Assembly (NCBI GenBank): GCA_028712475.1
Contig: JAQTQB010000004.1
Location: 67,368 to 131,367 of the forward strand
DNA length: 64,000 bases
Reading direction: 5' to 3'
From: Verrucomicrobiales bacterium
Lineage (GTDB): Bacteria; Verrucomicrobiota; Verrucomicrobiia; Limisphaerales; UBA11358
Under the pieces are notes generated by a model, which saw only the letters and a program-made list of their open reading frames with translations, searched no databases and was not told the DNA's origin. Position 1 is the stretch's first letter, and each line of letters opens with the position of its first letter. The position numbers and the translations under genes are program-made. This document shows, piece by piece, positions 35,994 through 45,981 of this stretch.

Positions 35994-37641
35994 GGCTCAG
36001 GGCTTTTAAGTTTTGCCGGATGGCTTTCTCCAGCTTGGCAGATTCCGCAAACTGCGTTTCCAGAGTCTGAATGAGCCGCTTCATCTTTTCCTCGAAGGGT
36101 TCGCCGTCGTCCTCCACATCCGCTGCGCCCACGTAACGACCGGGCGTGAGGACGTAACCGTGCGAGGAAATTTCTTCGAGCTTCACGGATTTGCAAAAGC
36201 CCGGTTCGTCCTGGTAGGGCGCGTCACTCCGTGCGCGCCGTTCACTTGTTTTGCCACCAGCGGCCGGCAGAGGACTGCCAGCCCTACCTTCTTTGGACTT
36301 CCACGCGTGGTAACAGTCCGAAACTTTTTTGATTTCCTCGGCGGTCAATTCCCGGTGGATGCGGTCAACCAGCACGCCCATTTTCCGCGCATCAATGAAA
36401 AGCGTCTCACCACGCCGGTCGCGGCGTTTGTGGTTCTTCTTGTCGCGGGCCAGAAACCAGAGGCAGACGGGAATTTGCGTGGTGAAAAACAACTGGCCGG
36501 GCAGCGCGACCATGCAATCCACGAGGTCGGCTTCAATCAACGCCTTGCGAATCTCGCCTTCGTTCGAGGTCTGCGTGGACATTGAACCGTTGGCCATGAC
36601 GAATCCCGCCACGCCCACGGGCGAGAGGTGATGGATGAAATGTTGAATCCAGGCGTAGTTGGCGTTGTTCACCGGCGGCATCCCGAATTTCCAGCGCACG
36701 TCCTGCCGCAGATTTTCGCCGCCCCAATCGCTCATGTTGAACGGCGGGTTGGCGAGAATAAAATCGGCCTTGAGGTCGGGATGCAAATCCTGCCGGAAGC
36801 TGTCGGCGTTGCGCGGGCCGAGATTGGCGTCAATGCCGCGAATGGCGAGGTTCATCCGCGCCAGTTTCCAGGTGGTGTAGTTGGATTCCTGCCCGTAAAC
36901 CGCGATGTCGCCCACGCGCCCGCCGTGTTCTTCCACGAATTTTTCCGAGGACACGAACATGCCGCCCGAACCGCAGCACGGATCGAACACGCGGCCTTTG
37001 TAGGGTTCAAGCATGGCGACGAGCACCTGCACGACGCATTGCGGGGTGTAGAACTCGCCGCCGCCCTTGCCTTCCGCGCTGGCGAATTTGCCGAGAAAGT
37101 ATTCATAGACGCGCCCAAGCACGTCCTTGGACTTCGCCGCCGATTCGTTGAAGCCGATGTTGCTGATGATGTCCACGAGTCCGCCGAGCCGGACTTTGTC
37201 GAGGCTGGGCCGGGCGTAATCGCGCGGCAGCACGCCTTTGAGCGTGGGGTTCTCGCGCTCAATCGCGCCCATCGCGTCGTCAATGACCTTGCCGATCTCC
37301 GGCGATTTGGCCCTGGCCTTGATGGTGTGCCAGCGGGCTTCGGGCGGCAGCCAGAAGACATTCGCGGCCAGGTATTCGTCGCGGTTCTCGGCGGCTTCGG
37401 CCCGTTGCGGTTCGTCCTTGATGAACCATTCGCTCTTGGGATTGGAGAAGCCGAACAGCAGTTGTTCGCGTTTTTCCTCGAAGGCGTCGGAGATGTATTT
37501 CAGGAAGATGAGGCCAAGGCAGACGTGCTTGTATTCCGACGCGTCCATGTGTCCGCGCATCTTGTCGGCGGCGGCCCAGAGCTGGGCTTCAAAGTTCAGG
37601 CCGGAGTCGTTGGACTGTTTCTGATTGTTTCCTTTAGCCAT
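35986..37641 (-). CDS. hsdM: Type I restriction-modification methyltransferase subunit (HsdM), with a 75-bp in-frame palindromic insertion
   Basis: N-terminal HsdM_N ([32 protein letters not shown]), motif [14 protein letters not shown] and motif [10 protein letters not shown]. The repeat-derived [27 protein letters not shown] sits in the C-terminal loop before [20 protein letters not shown]. Confidence 0.95.
   Translation of the reverse strand: MAKGNNQKQSNDSGLNFEAQLWAAADKMRGHMDASEYKHVCLGLIFLKYISDAFEEKREQLLFGFSNPKSEWFIKDEPQRAEAAENRDEYLAANVFWLPPEARWHTIKARAKSPEIGKVIDDAMGAIERENPTLKGVLPRDYARPSLDKVRLGGLVDIISNIGFNESAAKSKDVLGRVYEYFLGKFASAEGKGGGEFYTPQCVVQVLVAMLEPYKGRVFDPCCGSGGMFVSSEKFVEEHGGRVGDIAVYGQESNYTTWKLARMNLAIRGIDANLGPRNADSFRQDLHPDLKADFILANPPFNMSDWGGENLRQDVRWKFGMPPVNNANYAWIQHFIHHLSPVGVAGFVMANGSMSTQTSNEGEIRKALIEADLVDCMVALPGQLFFTTQIPVCLWFLARDKKNHKRRDRRGETLFIDARKMGVLVDRIHRELTAEEIKKVSDCYHAWKSKEGRAGSPLPAAGGKTSERRARSDAPYQDEPGFCKSVKLEEISSHGYVLTPGRYVGAADVEDDGEPFEEKMKRLIQTLETQFAESAKLEKAIRQNLKALSHA
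36214..36288. repeat. 75-bp palindromic repeat (family B) inside hsdM
   Basis: ggtagggcgcgtcactccgtgcgcgccg ... ggcagaggactgccagccctacc. The first 28 nt are identical to 16435..16462. Confidence 0.85.
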
Positions 37642-38070
37642 GCAAGTCAGGCAAATCGTAAGCCGCAGAAGATTTTAAGCAAGGTCTTTGCAGGCGGCCA
37701 CCTGTAAACAAGCTGAATGTTGAAAGTTGAGAGCCGGGCGTGGGGCAAGAATCCAGACACCAGACGCCGGTCCGCGACCGTGTGCTGATCATTCGTTGAG
37801 GCCCCAGCGATGGATGCCCTCAATCCGGGAGAAGTCGGTTTCCGGTCGCACCAATGGCTTGGCGACGCCAGCCTGGCCGCCGGCCGGCACCGACAGGGTG
37901 GCAAGCCGGGGCGTTGACGCCCTGGAGGCGACAATCATTCCGGCGGACATCACGAAGGTGAGCAGTAAAATCCGGGCCGGAGCTTTCAATGATTTCTGGC
38001 GCAACATCGTCCTTATTGGAACCCGGCGGGCGAAAATCGTTCAATCATTGATGAGGCACAGGCCGGCTGA

Positions 38071-38826
38071 TCAATCTTTCAATGCCGACACCGCCGCGTG
38101 CAACTGCTGCGCCAGTTCCTTCCGGTCCGCGCTGTGCTGTTCCACCGGGGCGAACCAGACGCTGGCGCGGACTTTTTTTTGACTTAACAGGTTCAGCAGG
38201 TGAGGAAAAAATGTCGCGTCGCCCCAATAGGCCACCGCATCGTCGGCGCCGCCGTTTTCCGAGGTGTAATGCACCCGGCCAATGGTGAGCGGATGCTTCA
38301 GCCGCGTGGCCGGTTCGAGCAGCGAGGACTTGAACGGCAGAATTGTTTTGCCGTCGAAACTGGTGCCTTCGGGAAAGATGATCACGAGCGCGCCGGCGTC
38401 GAGCGCAGCCTGTATCTCGTCGTTCACCTGGCCGACGTGCGTGCGGCGCTGGCGGTCAATGAACACGGTGCCGCCCAGCCGCGCCATCAGGCCCAGGACG
38501 GGCCAGGATTTGACCTCGTGCTTGGCGACAAACACGGACGGCGTGAGCGAGACCAGCACGAGGATGTCCACATAGCTGACGTGGTTGCAGACGAGCAGGC
38601 CGCGGGTGGGAATGGCTCCGGCGGATTGGATCTGCAATTGAAAAATTCTTCCGACGTGCCGGGCGGTGCGTTGCAACCACAAGGCCCGCGCCGAAAACCG
38701 GGACGCTTCCGGGCAAAAGACGCAGCGCAGCAAAAAAACAAAGACTGCCTGAAGCATTTCAAAGCCGAACCAGAGGAGCCGGCCAACGACGCGGAACGGG
38801 TGCTGGCGGAATCCTTTCATCCGCAA
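38071..38826 (-). CDS. 1-acyl-sn-glycerol-3-phosphate-type acyltransferase (PlsC family; OlsA-like)
   Basis: H(X)4D box VCNHVSYVDILVL and IFPEGTSFDG. It lies directly downstream of an OlsB-like GNAT gene. Confidence 0.8.
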   Translation of the reverse strand: MRMKGFRQHPFRVVGRLLWFGFEMLQAVFVFLLRCVFCPEASRFSARALWLQRTARHVGRIFQLQIQSAGAIPTRGLLVCNHVSYVDILVLVSLTPSVFVAKHEVKSWPVLGLMARLGGTVFIDRQRRTHVGQVNDEIQAALDAGALVIIFPEGTSFDGKTILPFKSSLLEPATRLKHPLTIGRVHYTSENGGADDAVAYWGDATFFPHLLNLLSQKKVRASVWFAPVEQHSADRKELAQQLHAAVSALKD

Positions 38827-38851
38827 ATTTCTAACGGGGCGTGCATGGCGG

Positions 38852-39610
38852 TCAACTCATAAATCGCTGGCGCACGGGCGGCGGCAGATTCTCCAGATCC
38901 AGCAGCGTGAGAAAATCAATGGTCTTGAAGCTCCGGTCCAACGCCGGCGGCCCGCAGATTTGTGCGCCGACGCTCATGTAGGCGCGCAGCAGTTTTGGGA
39001 TTTTCACAGCTTCGTCCGCCAGATGGTCGAGAGGGCAGTCATATTCCGGCAGGGGCCGCGTGCGCCATTGAGGCGGGGCCAGGGATTTCCGGCAGAGTTC
39101 CGAGTAGGCCGAGGCGCCCACCGCCGGATCCTGGGACGTGATGGAACTGCAGCCGAGCAGATAACGCCCGCCGCGCTGCTTCGCGTAATCGGCGATGCCT
39201 TTCCACAACATTCCAAGAACAATGAGATTCCGATGCTGGACGTGGACGCAGGCGCGGCCGAGTTCGATGATTTGCGGGCGGCGCGTCGCGAAAGGTCTGA
39301 AGTCAAATTCCAGCGCGCTGTAATAGCCCAGCTTGGAAGCGGCATTCACGCCGGTCTGCAACCGATACGTCCCGACTATCTGGCGCGACGGCAGATGCTC
39401 GATGAGGAGATGGTCGCACACGGCATCGAACGGGTCGGCGTCCAGCCCGCTGGCGTAGGATTGCTCCAGCCCCTCGTTTAGTTCGATGTTGAAGATCTCA
39501 AAGCGCAAGGCCTGCGCGGCGCGGATTTCGTCAGCATGGCAAGCCAGCCGCGCGGCATAATTTGCCGGGGCGCTGACAATTAATCTGACGGAATGCAGCA
39601 TGGATGTCAC
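38852..39610 (-). CDS. GNAT-type N-acyltransferase (OlsB-like, aminolipid synthesis)
   Basis: 252 aa. ..AQALRFEIFNIELNEGL..DAVCDHLLI..VGTYRLQ..YYSALEFDF..ELGRACVHVQHRN..VLGMLWKGIADYA follows the OlsB/hemolysin-like acyltransferase pattern. It is paired with a PlsC-family gene. Confidence 0.65.
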   Translation of the reverse strand: MTSMLHSVRLIVSAPANYAARLACHADEIRAAQALRFEIFNIELNEGLEQSYASGLDADPFDAVCDHLLIEHLPSRQIVGTYRLQTGVNAASKLGYYSALEFDFRPFATRRPQIIELGRACVHVQHRNLIVLGMLWKGIADYAKQRGGRYLLGCSSITSQDPAVGASAYSELCRKSLAPPQWRTRPLPEYDCPLDHLADEAVKIPKLLRAYMSVGAQICGPPALDRSFKTIDFLTLLDLENLPPPVRQRFMS

Positions 39611-39772
39611 AGGCTAATCCTTCCAAAAACGCGTGTCAATTATGTGTCGGGCAGGTTAATTCCACGCGATTTTCAGGGCGCGCCTGATCCATTCGCCTCT
39701 TTCGGCAAGGCTGGCAAACGGCTCGTGGCTTTTAGAAAAAATCTGCGCCCGTTACCGGCCGCCCGCGCGCGG

Positions 39773-40390
39773 CTACCGTTTCTTTGCGGCAGGTTTCGGC
39801 TTTTGAGCCGCCTTCCGTTTCAGGCGGGCGATTTCGGCCTTTGCCTTCACCAGATCGGCTTTGGTTTTTTTGCAGTCATCGCGGGTTTTGGCCAGTTCAA
39901 GCGCGTGGCGGCGGAGTTCCAACTGGGTCATGACGTGCCGGGCCAGCACGCGCAACGCCTGTTTTTGATCCGCCGTCAGCTCGCGCGGCACCTTATCAAT
40001 GACGCAGAGCGTGCCGAGCGCATGGCCGTCCGGCGTGATGAGCGGCATGCCGGCGTAGAAACGGATTTTCGGGGCCGAGGTGACGAGCGGATTGTTTTTG
40101 AAACGCCTGTCCAGCGTGGCGTCAGGAACGATGAACAATTCCCTCTGCAAAATCGCGTGCGCGCACAAGGAAATGTCGCGTCCGGTCTCGCGGACCGTTA
40201 CCCCGACCTTTGACTTGAACCACTGGCGGTTTTCATCCACGAGCGTGATCAGCGCAATCGGCGCGCCGCAGATGTGCGACGCCAGATCGGTGAGTTCGTC
40301 GAAGACTGCCTCCGGCACGGTGTCGAGCACGTCGTATTGCCAGAGAACCTTGATGCGTCTGGCCTCGTTTTTTGGAATCGGTGCTTTCAT
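39773..40390 (-). CDS. GAF domain protein
   Basis: [73 protein letters not shown] is a typical GAF domain. It has a Lys-rich C-terminal coiled tail. ATG at 40390. Confidence 0.8.
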   Translation of the reverse strand: MKAPIPKNEARRIKVLWQYDVLDTVPEAVFDELTDLASHICGAPIALITLVDENRQWFKSKVGVTVRETGRDISLCAHAILQRELFIVPDATLDRRFKNNPLVTSAPKIRFYAGMPLITPDGHALGTLCVIDKVPRELTADQKQALRVLARHVMTQLELRRHALELAKTRDDCKKTKADLVKAKAEIARLKRKAAQKPKPAAKKR

Positions 40391-40507
40391 GGGGAACCTT
40401 TGTTCACGTCTGTTTGGTTCAATTCCGTTTGCCGCAGGATGGTCTGAATCGCCACCCCTGTCAACGCGGCCATCAAACCGGAATGCCAATGACCGTTGAA
40501 GAAATAG

Positions 40508-41344
40508 TCAGCGGGAAATCGTTCCTTCAATCTGCCCGTGCGGCTCGTCAGTCGGAACGAACAGCTCGTTCTTGTTTTCCAGGCCGAACGGCGCAAGGTT
40601 GACGAGCAGGCAGTGTTTGTTCGGCATCGCGAGGTGAACCTTTGCGATTTCCGGTGCGGCCTTCAACGCCGCCACGCCCATCTGGAACAGCGTCGCCTGC
40701 AAGGAGGGGCTGTAATTTTTTGCGAACACCGCCAGCATCGCGGCGAGAATTTTCCCGCTGGTCGCGGAATAGCTCTTTGGCCTCTTCGTGTAAGTCCATG
40801 TCGCCTTGAGCTTCGTGGCGCAAATCCGGTCGCTGGTTTCCGGCAGCGTCGTGAACTCGTCGCGCAGAAATTTTTCAAAGCCCGAACCCGTCGTCTTCAA
40901 GATCAGCAAATCCTCGATGCCGGATTCGATCCGGGTTTCCTTTCTGGTGCAGACAATTGTTGCGAACGGTTTCGCCGCGCCTTTTTCGGTGAAGGAATGG
41001 GCGTGCGGTTTTCCGCCAGCCTGAATCCGGCTCCAGCAACGCTCCGACAGGCCGACCTCCACGCGCTTCACCTGTGGATACGTTTTCAAGAAATGCCGGC
41101 CGAGGGCGAGGCCGAACTCCTCGTTCTCCGCGCCGAGCTTTTCCTTCGCAAAAACATTGACGGTGTTTTTCATCGAGTCCGTCGCCACCACCAGCCGGTT
41201 GTCAGCCTTCGTGTAGGACGCATCGAATCCGCCCGACAGCCCGACCGAGACGTCAAGTTCCTTCAGGGAATGTTGCCTGCCGCTGCGGGTGACTTTCAAG
41301 ACACGGACGTGCGCCTTGCCGTATTGATGCTGGATCAGTTTCAT
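40508..41344 (-). CDS. Urate oxidase (factor-independent uricase)
   Basis: MKLIQHQYGKAHVRVLKV..DVSVGLSGGFDASYTKADNRLVVATDSMKNTV.. has the tunnel-fold uricase signatures. 278 aa. Confidence 0.9.
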   Translation of the reverse strand: MKLIQHQYGKAHVRVLKVTRSGRQHSLKELDVSVGLSGGFDASYTKADNRLVVATDSMKNTVNVFAKEKLGAENEEFGLALGRHFLKTYPQVKRVEVGLSERCWSRIQAGGKPHAHSFTEKGAAKPFATIVCTRKETRIESGIEDLLILKTTGSGFEKFLRDEFTTLPETSDRICATKLKATWTYTKRPKSYSATSGKILAAMLAVFAKNYSPSLQATLFQMGVAALKAAPEIAKVHLAMPNKHCLLVNLAPFGLENKNELFVPTDEPHGQIEGTISR

Positions 41345-41389
41345 GTCGCTTTCCTCTTTTGAAGTTTTATCTTAAACCTTCAGACAAGG

Positions 41390-41932
41390 ATGACACGCAA
41401 AATGTGCATGGCTGAAAACAAACAAATCACGCCCGCCGGATTGAACGGATTGAGCTGCGAGGATTTCACCCGCATCGTTGGCCCGGTGTTTGAACATTCG
41501 CCGTGGATCGCGGAGGCGGCCTGGGCGAAGCGCCCGTTTGCCGCCCTGGAAAATCTGCACCGCGCCCTGTGCGAGGTGGTTGAAAAATCCGGCGAGGAAA
41601 AACAACTCGCGCTCATCCGCGCGCATCCCGACCTCGTGGGCCGTGCCGCACGCGCCGGCGCGCTCACCCGCGAATCAGCCGGCGAACAGGCAGGCGCGGG
41701 CTTGAACAGTCTCTCGCCGGACGAAATCGCGCTGTTCCAGAAGCAAAACGCCGCCTACCAGGAACGGTTCGGTTTTCCATTCGTCATCTGCGCGCGTTTG
41801 AACAAAAAAGAGGCGATTCTCGACGGCTTTGAAAGGCGCTTGAAAAACTCGCGCGCGCGGGAGATCAAAACGGCGCTTGAAGAAATTTTCAAAATCGCGG
41901 AACTTCGGCTCAAAGATTCAATCGCCAACTGA
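41390..41932 (+). CDS. uraD: OHCU decarboxylase
   Basis: ..FTRIVGPVFEHSPWIAEAAW.., ..LIRAHPDLVG.., ..YQERFGFPFVICA.. are the UraD motifs. Confidence 0.9.
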   Translation: MTRKMCMAENKQITPAGLNGLSCEDFTRIVGPVFEHSPWIAEAAWAKRPFAALENLHRALCEVVEKSGEEKQLALIRAHPDLVGRAARAGALTRESAGEQAGAGLNSLSPDEIALFQKQNAAYQERFGFPFVICARLNKKEAILDGFERRLKNSRAREIKTALEEIFKIAELRLKDSIAN

Positions 41933-41935
41933 CTT

Positions 41936-42292
41936 ATGCCCGCAAAATTGAGCACGCACGTCCTCGATGCCGCGCACGGCTGCCCGGCGTCGGGAATGAA
42001 AATCGAACTCTGGTCGCTCGACGGCGAAGACCGCACGCTGGTCGTCACCGCCAAGACCAATGCCGACGGCCGCACCGAAGCGCCGTTGCTGGCCGACGAC
42101 GAGATGCAGGTGGGCCAATACGAAATTATTTTCTTCGTTGGCGATTACTTCGCCGCCAAGTCCGCCAACCTGCCGAAAATCCGGTTCCTCGACAAAGTGC
42201 CCGTGCGCTTCGGCCTCGCCGACGCGGGCGCGGGCTACCACGTTCCCCTGCTCTGCTCACCATGGGCCTACTCGACTTATCGCGGCAGTTGA
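41936..42292 (+). CDS. uraH: 5-hydroxyisourate hydrolase (transthyretin-like)
   Basis: LSTHVLDAAHGCPASGMKIEL.. and the C-terminal YHVPLLCSPWAYSTYRGS signature. 118 aa. Confidence 0.92.
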   Translation: MPAKLSTHVLDAAHGCPASGMKIELWSLDGEDRTLVVTAKTNADGRTEAPLLADDEMQVGQYEIIFFVGDYFAAKSANLPKIRFLDKVPVRFGLADAGAGYHVPLLCSPWAYSTYRGS

Positions 42293-43437
42293 TGCTCCGC
42301 TGCGACGAACTCGGCGCGATCAGCGACGAGCCGGGCCGCCTTACGCGCACCTTCGCGTCGCCCGCCATGCGCCGCGCGAACAAACTCGTCGGCTCGTGGA
42401 TGCGCAAGGCCGGCCTGCAAGTCCGCGAAGACGCCGCCTTCAATCTGCTCGGTCGCCGGAACTCCGAGCGACGCGGCGCGAAAACTTTTTTGCTCGGCTC
42501 GCATCTGGACACCGTGCGCGACGCGGGCAATTACGACGGCCCGCTTGGCGTGCTAACGGCGATTGCCACCGTGCAACTGTTGCGTGAACGTGGCGTGAAA
42601 TTGCCGTTCAATCTCGAAGTCGCCGGCTTCAGTGACGAGGAAGGAGTGCGTTATCACACCACCTGTCTCGGCAGCCGCGCGCTGGCCGGCACACTCACCG
42701 CCGCCGACCTCGCGCGCATCAAGGAAAAGCAAATCGTCAAAGCCCGCCGCCGCCAAGGCGAATTTCTCGGCTACGCGGAAGTCCACATCGAACAAGGTCC
42801 GGTGCTGGAGAAAAACAATGTGCCCGTCGGCGTCGTCACCGCCATCGCGGGACAAAGCAGGTTGTGCGTGGAATTTCACGGCGTCGCCGGCCACGCCGGA
42901 ACGGTGCCGATGAATCTGCGCCATGATGCGCTCGCAGGCGCGGCGGAACTTGTTCTCGCCGCCGGGTGCTGCGGCGCGCTGGCCACCGTCGGCAAACTCG
43001 AAGTCGCGCCCGGCGCGAGCAACGTGATTCCCGGCCACGCCGCACTCACGCTTGACGTGCGTGACCAAAATGATCCGCGCCGTCTTGCCGCCGTGCGCTT
43101 GCTGCACGCGAAAGCCAAAATCATCGCCAGGCGTCGCGGACTCAAACTGACTTGGACGCCCGTGCAGCAAACTTCCGCAGTGCAGTGCGACAAGGCTTTG
43201 ACCCGGATATTTTCCAGGTGCATCGCGCAACGCGGACTGGAAGTTCTCAAATTGACCAGTGGCGCAGGCCATGATGCCGCCGCGTTGGCCGCGATTTGTC
43301 CGGTGGCGATGTTGTTTGTCCGTTGCAAAGGCGGCATCAGCCACAACCCCGCAGAGTCGGTGAATACGACCGACATCGCACCCGCCATTGACGTGCTGGC
43401 GGACTTCATCCAAACTCTCGCCACGCGCCATGCCTGA
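42262..43437 (+). CDS. allC: Allantoate amidohydrolase (M20 family)
   Basis: ..LTRTFASPAMRRANKLVGSWMRKAGL..GSHLDTVRDAGNYDGPLGVL..GFSDEEG..HIEQGPVLE..GHAGT..SGAGHDA.. It sits in the purine catabolic context. An alternative ATG at 42292 overlaps the uraH stop. Confidence 0.85.
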   Translation: MGLLDLSRQLMLRCDELGAISDEPGRLTRTFASPAMRRANKLVGSWMRKAGLQVREDAAFNLLGRRNSERRGAKTFLLGSHLDTVRDAGNYDGPLGVLTAIATVQLLRERGVKLPFNLEVAGFSDEEGVRYHTTCLGSRALAGTLTAADLARIKEKQIVKARRRQGEFLGYAEVHIEQGPVLEKNNVPVGVVTAIAGQSRLCVEFHGVAGHAGTVPMNLRHDALAGAAELVLAAGCCGALATVGKLEVAPGASNVIPGHAALTLDVRDQNDPRRLAAVRLLHAKAKIIARRRGLKLTWTPVQQTSAVQCDKALTRIFSRCIAQRGLEVLKLTSGAGHDAAALAAICPVAMLFVRCKGGISHNPAESVNTTDIAPAIDVLADFIQTLATRHA

Positions 43438-44752
43438 TTTCGACCTGTTAATCCGCGGCGCGCAGCCGTTTCCTGAAATCGGAATTGCTGATGGAAAGAT
43501 TGCTTCATTCAGTGGCGGTTCATCGCGCGAAGATATTGACGCAACCGGCCTGCACGTTTTCCCCGGCGTGATTGATTCGCACGTCCACTTCAACGAACCG
43601 GGCCGCACGGATTGGGAAGGCATCGAAACCGGGGCGCGCGCGCTCGCGGCGGGCGGCGGCACTTTGTTCTTCGACATGCCGCTTAACGCGTATCCGCCGA
43701 CTTGTGACGCGGAGAGTTTTGATTTGAAGCTGGCGGCGGCGCAAAAAAAATCCATCACCGACTTCGCGTTCTGGGGCGGACTTGTGCCGGGCAATCTCGA
43801 CAAGCTCGAAGAACTCTCGGCGCGCGGAGTCATCGGTTTTAAGGCGTTCATGGCGAACAGCGGCATTGAGGATTTTTCGTGCGTAAATGACGCGACGCTG
43901 CGAGAAGGCATGAAGCGCGCGGCGAAATTAAAATTGCCGGTCGCCGTCCACGCCGAGAGTGAAACGCTCACCAGCAAACTGGCGCGGGAGAAAATTGCCG
44001 CCGGGAAAACCTCCATCCGCGATTACCTCGACTCTCGGCCTGTCGCCGCTGAACTTGATGCCATTCGCCGCGCGATTGGCCTGGCGGGTGAAACGGGCTG
44101 CGCACTGCATGTCGTCCACGTCAGCAGCGGCGAGGGCGTGGCGCTGATCGCCGCCGCAAAAAAATCCGGCGTGGATGTTTCGTGCGAAACGTGTCCGCAC
44201 TATCTCGTCCTGACCGAAGACGACATGGAGAAACTTGGCGCTGTTGCCAAGTGCGCTCCGCCGTTGCGCCCGGCCAGCGTTCAAGAAAGTCTCTGGCGGC
44301 AATTGCTCGCGGGAAATATCACGACGATTGGCTCGGATCATTCGCCGTCGCCGCCGGAATTGAAAACGGACCAAAGCTTTTTCAAGGTGTGGGGCGGTAT
44401 TTCAGGCGTGCAGCACACATTGCCGCTGTTGCTGACAGAAGGACGTGTCAATCGCGGCGCGGCACTTTCGCTCATCACGGATTTGCTTTCTGCCAGCGTC
44501 GCCCGCCGTTTCAAGATTCCGAACAAGGGACAAATCGCCTTCGGGTTTGATGCCGACTTTGCGCTCGTGGATTTGAACCAGACGTTCACAGTGGCGAAGG
44601 ACGGTTTATTTTATCGTCACCGGCAAAGCCCCTACGTTGGCCGCGCGTTGACAGGGCGCGTGGTTCAGACCATTCTTCGCGGACAAACGGTTTTCAAGGA
44701 CGGCAGGATTGTTTCGACACCGGCTGGCCGCCTCGTAAAACCGAAACCCTAA
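43430..44752 (+). CDS. allB: Allantoinase
   Basis: MPDFDLLIRG..PGVIDSHVHFNEPGRTDWEGIETGARALAAGGGTLFFDMPLN..FKAFM..HAE..HVVHVSS..CETCPHYL..GSDHSP: cyclic amidohydrolase motifs of the allantoinase type. It has an 8-nt overlap with allC. Confidence 0.9.
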   Translation: MPDFDLLIRGAQPFPEIGIADGKIASFSGGSSREDIDATGLHVFPGVIDSHVHFNEPGRTDWEGIETGARALAAGGGTLFFDMPLNAYPPTCDAESFDLKLAAAQKKSITDFAFWGGLVPGNLDKLEELSARGVIGFKAFMANSGIEDFSCVNDATLREGMKRAAKLKLPVAVHAESETLTSKLAREKIAAGKTSIRDYLDSRPVAAELDAIRRAIGLAGETGCALHVVHVSSGEGVALIAAAKKSGVDVSCETCPHYLVLTEDDMEKLGAVAKCAPPLRPASVQESLWRQLLAGNITTIGSDHSPSPPELKTDQSFFKVWGGISGVQHTLPLLLTEGRVNRGAALSLITDLLSASVARRFKIPNKGQIAFGFDADFALVDLNQTFTVAKDGLFYRHRQSPYVGRALTGRVVQTILRGQTVFKDGRIVSTPAGRLVKPKP

Positions 44753-44757
44753 AAATT

Positions 44758-45504
44758 ATGTCAGACTTATTTGGCTTCACCCGCACGGTCGTCAAACCGC
44801 GCTACGCACTCATCACGCCCGATGGCTTCGTGCCGGGCGTCCTGCCCGGCTGGCGCAACGCCGTCGTCATCGTCAACATCTCGCCGGCGATGAACGGCCC
44901 GCGCTTCACGCAGATGCAGGTCACGCTCGACCCAAACAGCAGCGGCGCGGGCAACACCGGCGCGCTGGAACATTTTTATTATGTTCTCGCTGGAAGTTGT
45001 GGTGCGCAGCTCGGCGGCAAGAAATCCAGGCTGACTGCGGGCAGTTACGCTTTTGTCCCGCCGGAAACTGATTTTCAATTCGGCGATGCCGCCAAAGGAA
45101 CGAAGCTGCTGGTTTTCCAGAAACAATTTCAACCGCTCGCCAGCGGGAAAATTTCCGGCGTCATCGTCGGCCACGAGCGGGACGTGAAAGGCCAGCCGTT
45201 TCTCGGCAATAAAGACGCGCGCCTGCAAGTGCTGCTGCCTGACCAGCCAGCGTTCGACATGGCGGTGAACATTTTCACCTATCAACCCGGTGCGACATTG
45301 CCGTTCGTCGAGACGCACATCATGGAGCATGGCCTTCTGATGTTAAAGGGCCAGGGCGTCTATCGCCTCGACGCGGATTATCATCCCGTGACGGCGGGCG
45401 ACGTGATCTGGATGGCGTCGTATTGCCCGCAATGGTTCGTGGCGATGGGCAAGACGCCTGCGAGCTATATTTATTACAAGGATGTGAACCGCGCGCCGCA
45501 GTGA
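44758..45504 (+). CDS. allE: (S)-ureidoglycine aminohydrolase (bicupin)
   Basis: 248 aa. The N-terminus ..TRTVVKPRYALITPDGFVP.. and the second cupin ..ETHIMEHGLLMLKGQGVYRL..GDVIWMA.. fit this family. It follows allB. Confidence 0.8.
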   Translation: MSDLFGFTRTVVKPRYALITPDGFVPGVLPGWRNAVVIVNISPAMNGPRFTQMQVTLDPNSSGAGNTGALEHFYYVLAGSCGAQLGGKKSRLTAGSYAFVPPETDFQFGDAAKGTKLLVFQKQFQPLASGKISGVIVGHERDVKGQPFLGNKDARLQVLLPDQPAFDMAVNIFTYQPGATLPFVETHIMEHGLLMLKGQGVYRLDADYHPVTAGDVIWMASYCPQWFVAMGKTPASYIYYKDVNRAPQ

Positions 45505-45981
45505 GAGCTTCTCAAGCCAATATCGCGAGGTTAGAAAAAAATTGATGACCTCGCTCTCATCACCGAAGCCCCACCGCCGGTCGTCACGCGCGTTTTGTTT
45601 TCCGAATCCGATTTAAGCGGCCGCGCGCCCGTCAAAAATCTCTGCCATGAGGTTGGGCTGGTTTTTCGCGAGGAGGCGGTTGGAAACATTTTCGCGCGCG
45701 GCAAGCCGCAGGTTTTCAGCCGAAGCGTTCCATCGAACTCACCACCTTCACCCCGGAAGAGATGATCGTGGCGGCGAAGGAAAATTCAGAAAACAGCCCG
45801 CCGGCATCCAAAAAGAGGGGGCCGTAATCCATTCTCGCCGCGCTCACGCCAATGCGGCCACCCGATATCAGACCGGAGGAACCGCTGAAAGGGTCAAACC
45901 CGTAAATTTGGACGCTCCCATGGTTCGCGCATCTCTTCTTGGATTTACACTCCGGCGCGATAACGGTTAGCTTGACAGCCG

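Noticed and set aside
35262-37707. Plus-strand ORFs of 270, 190 and 359 aa
   Set aside because: They are antisense to the four-helix-bundle gene and hsdM.
37789-38007. 72-aa minus-strand ORF with a signal-peptide-like N-terminus, between olsA-like and hsdM
   Set aside because: It is short, has no motif and overlaps other equally plausible small ORFs. I left it as intergenic or promoter space for hsdM.
42553-44016. 487-aa ORF on the minus strand
   Set aside because: It is antisense to allC and allB, both of which have clear family motifs.
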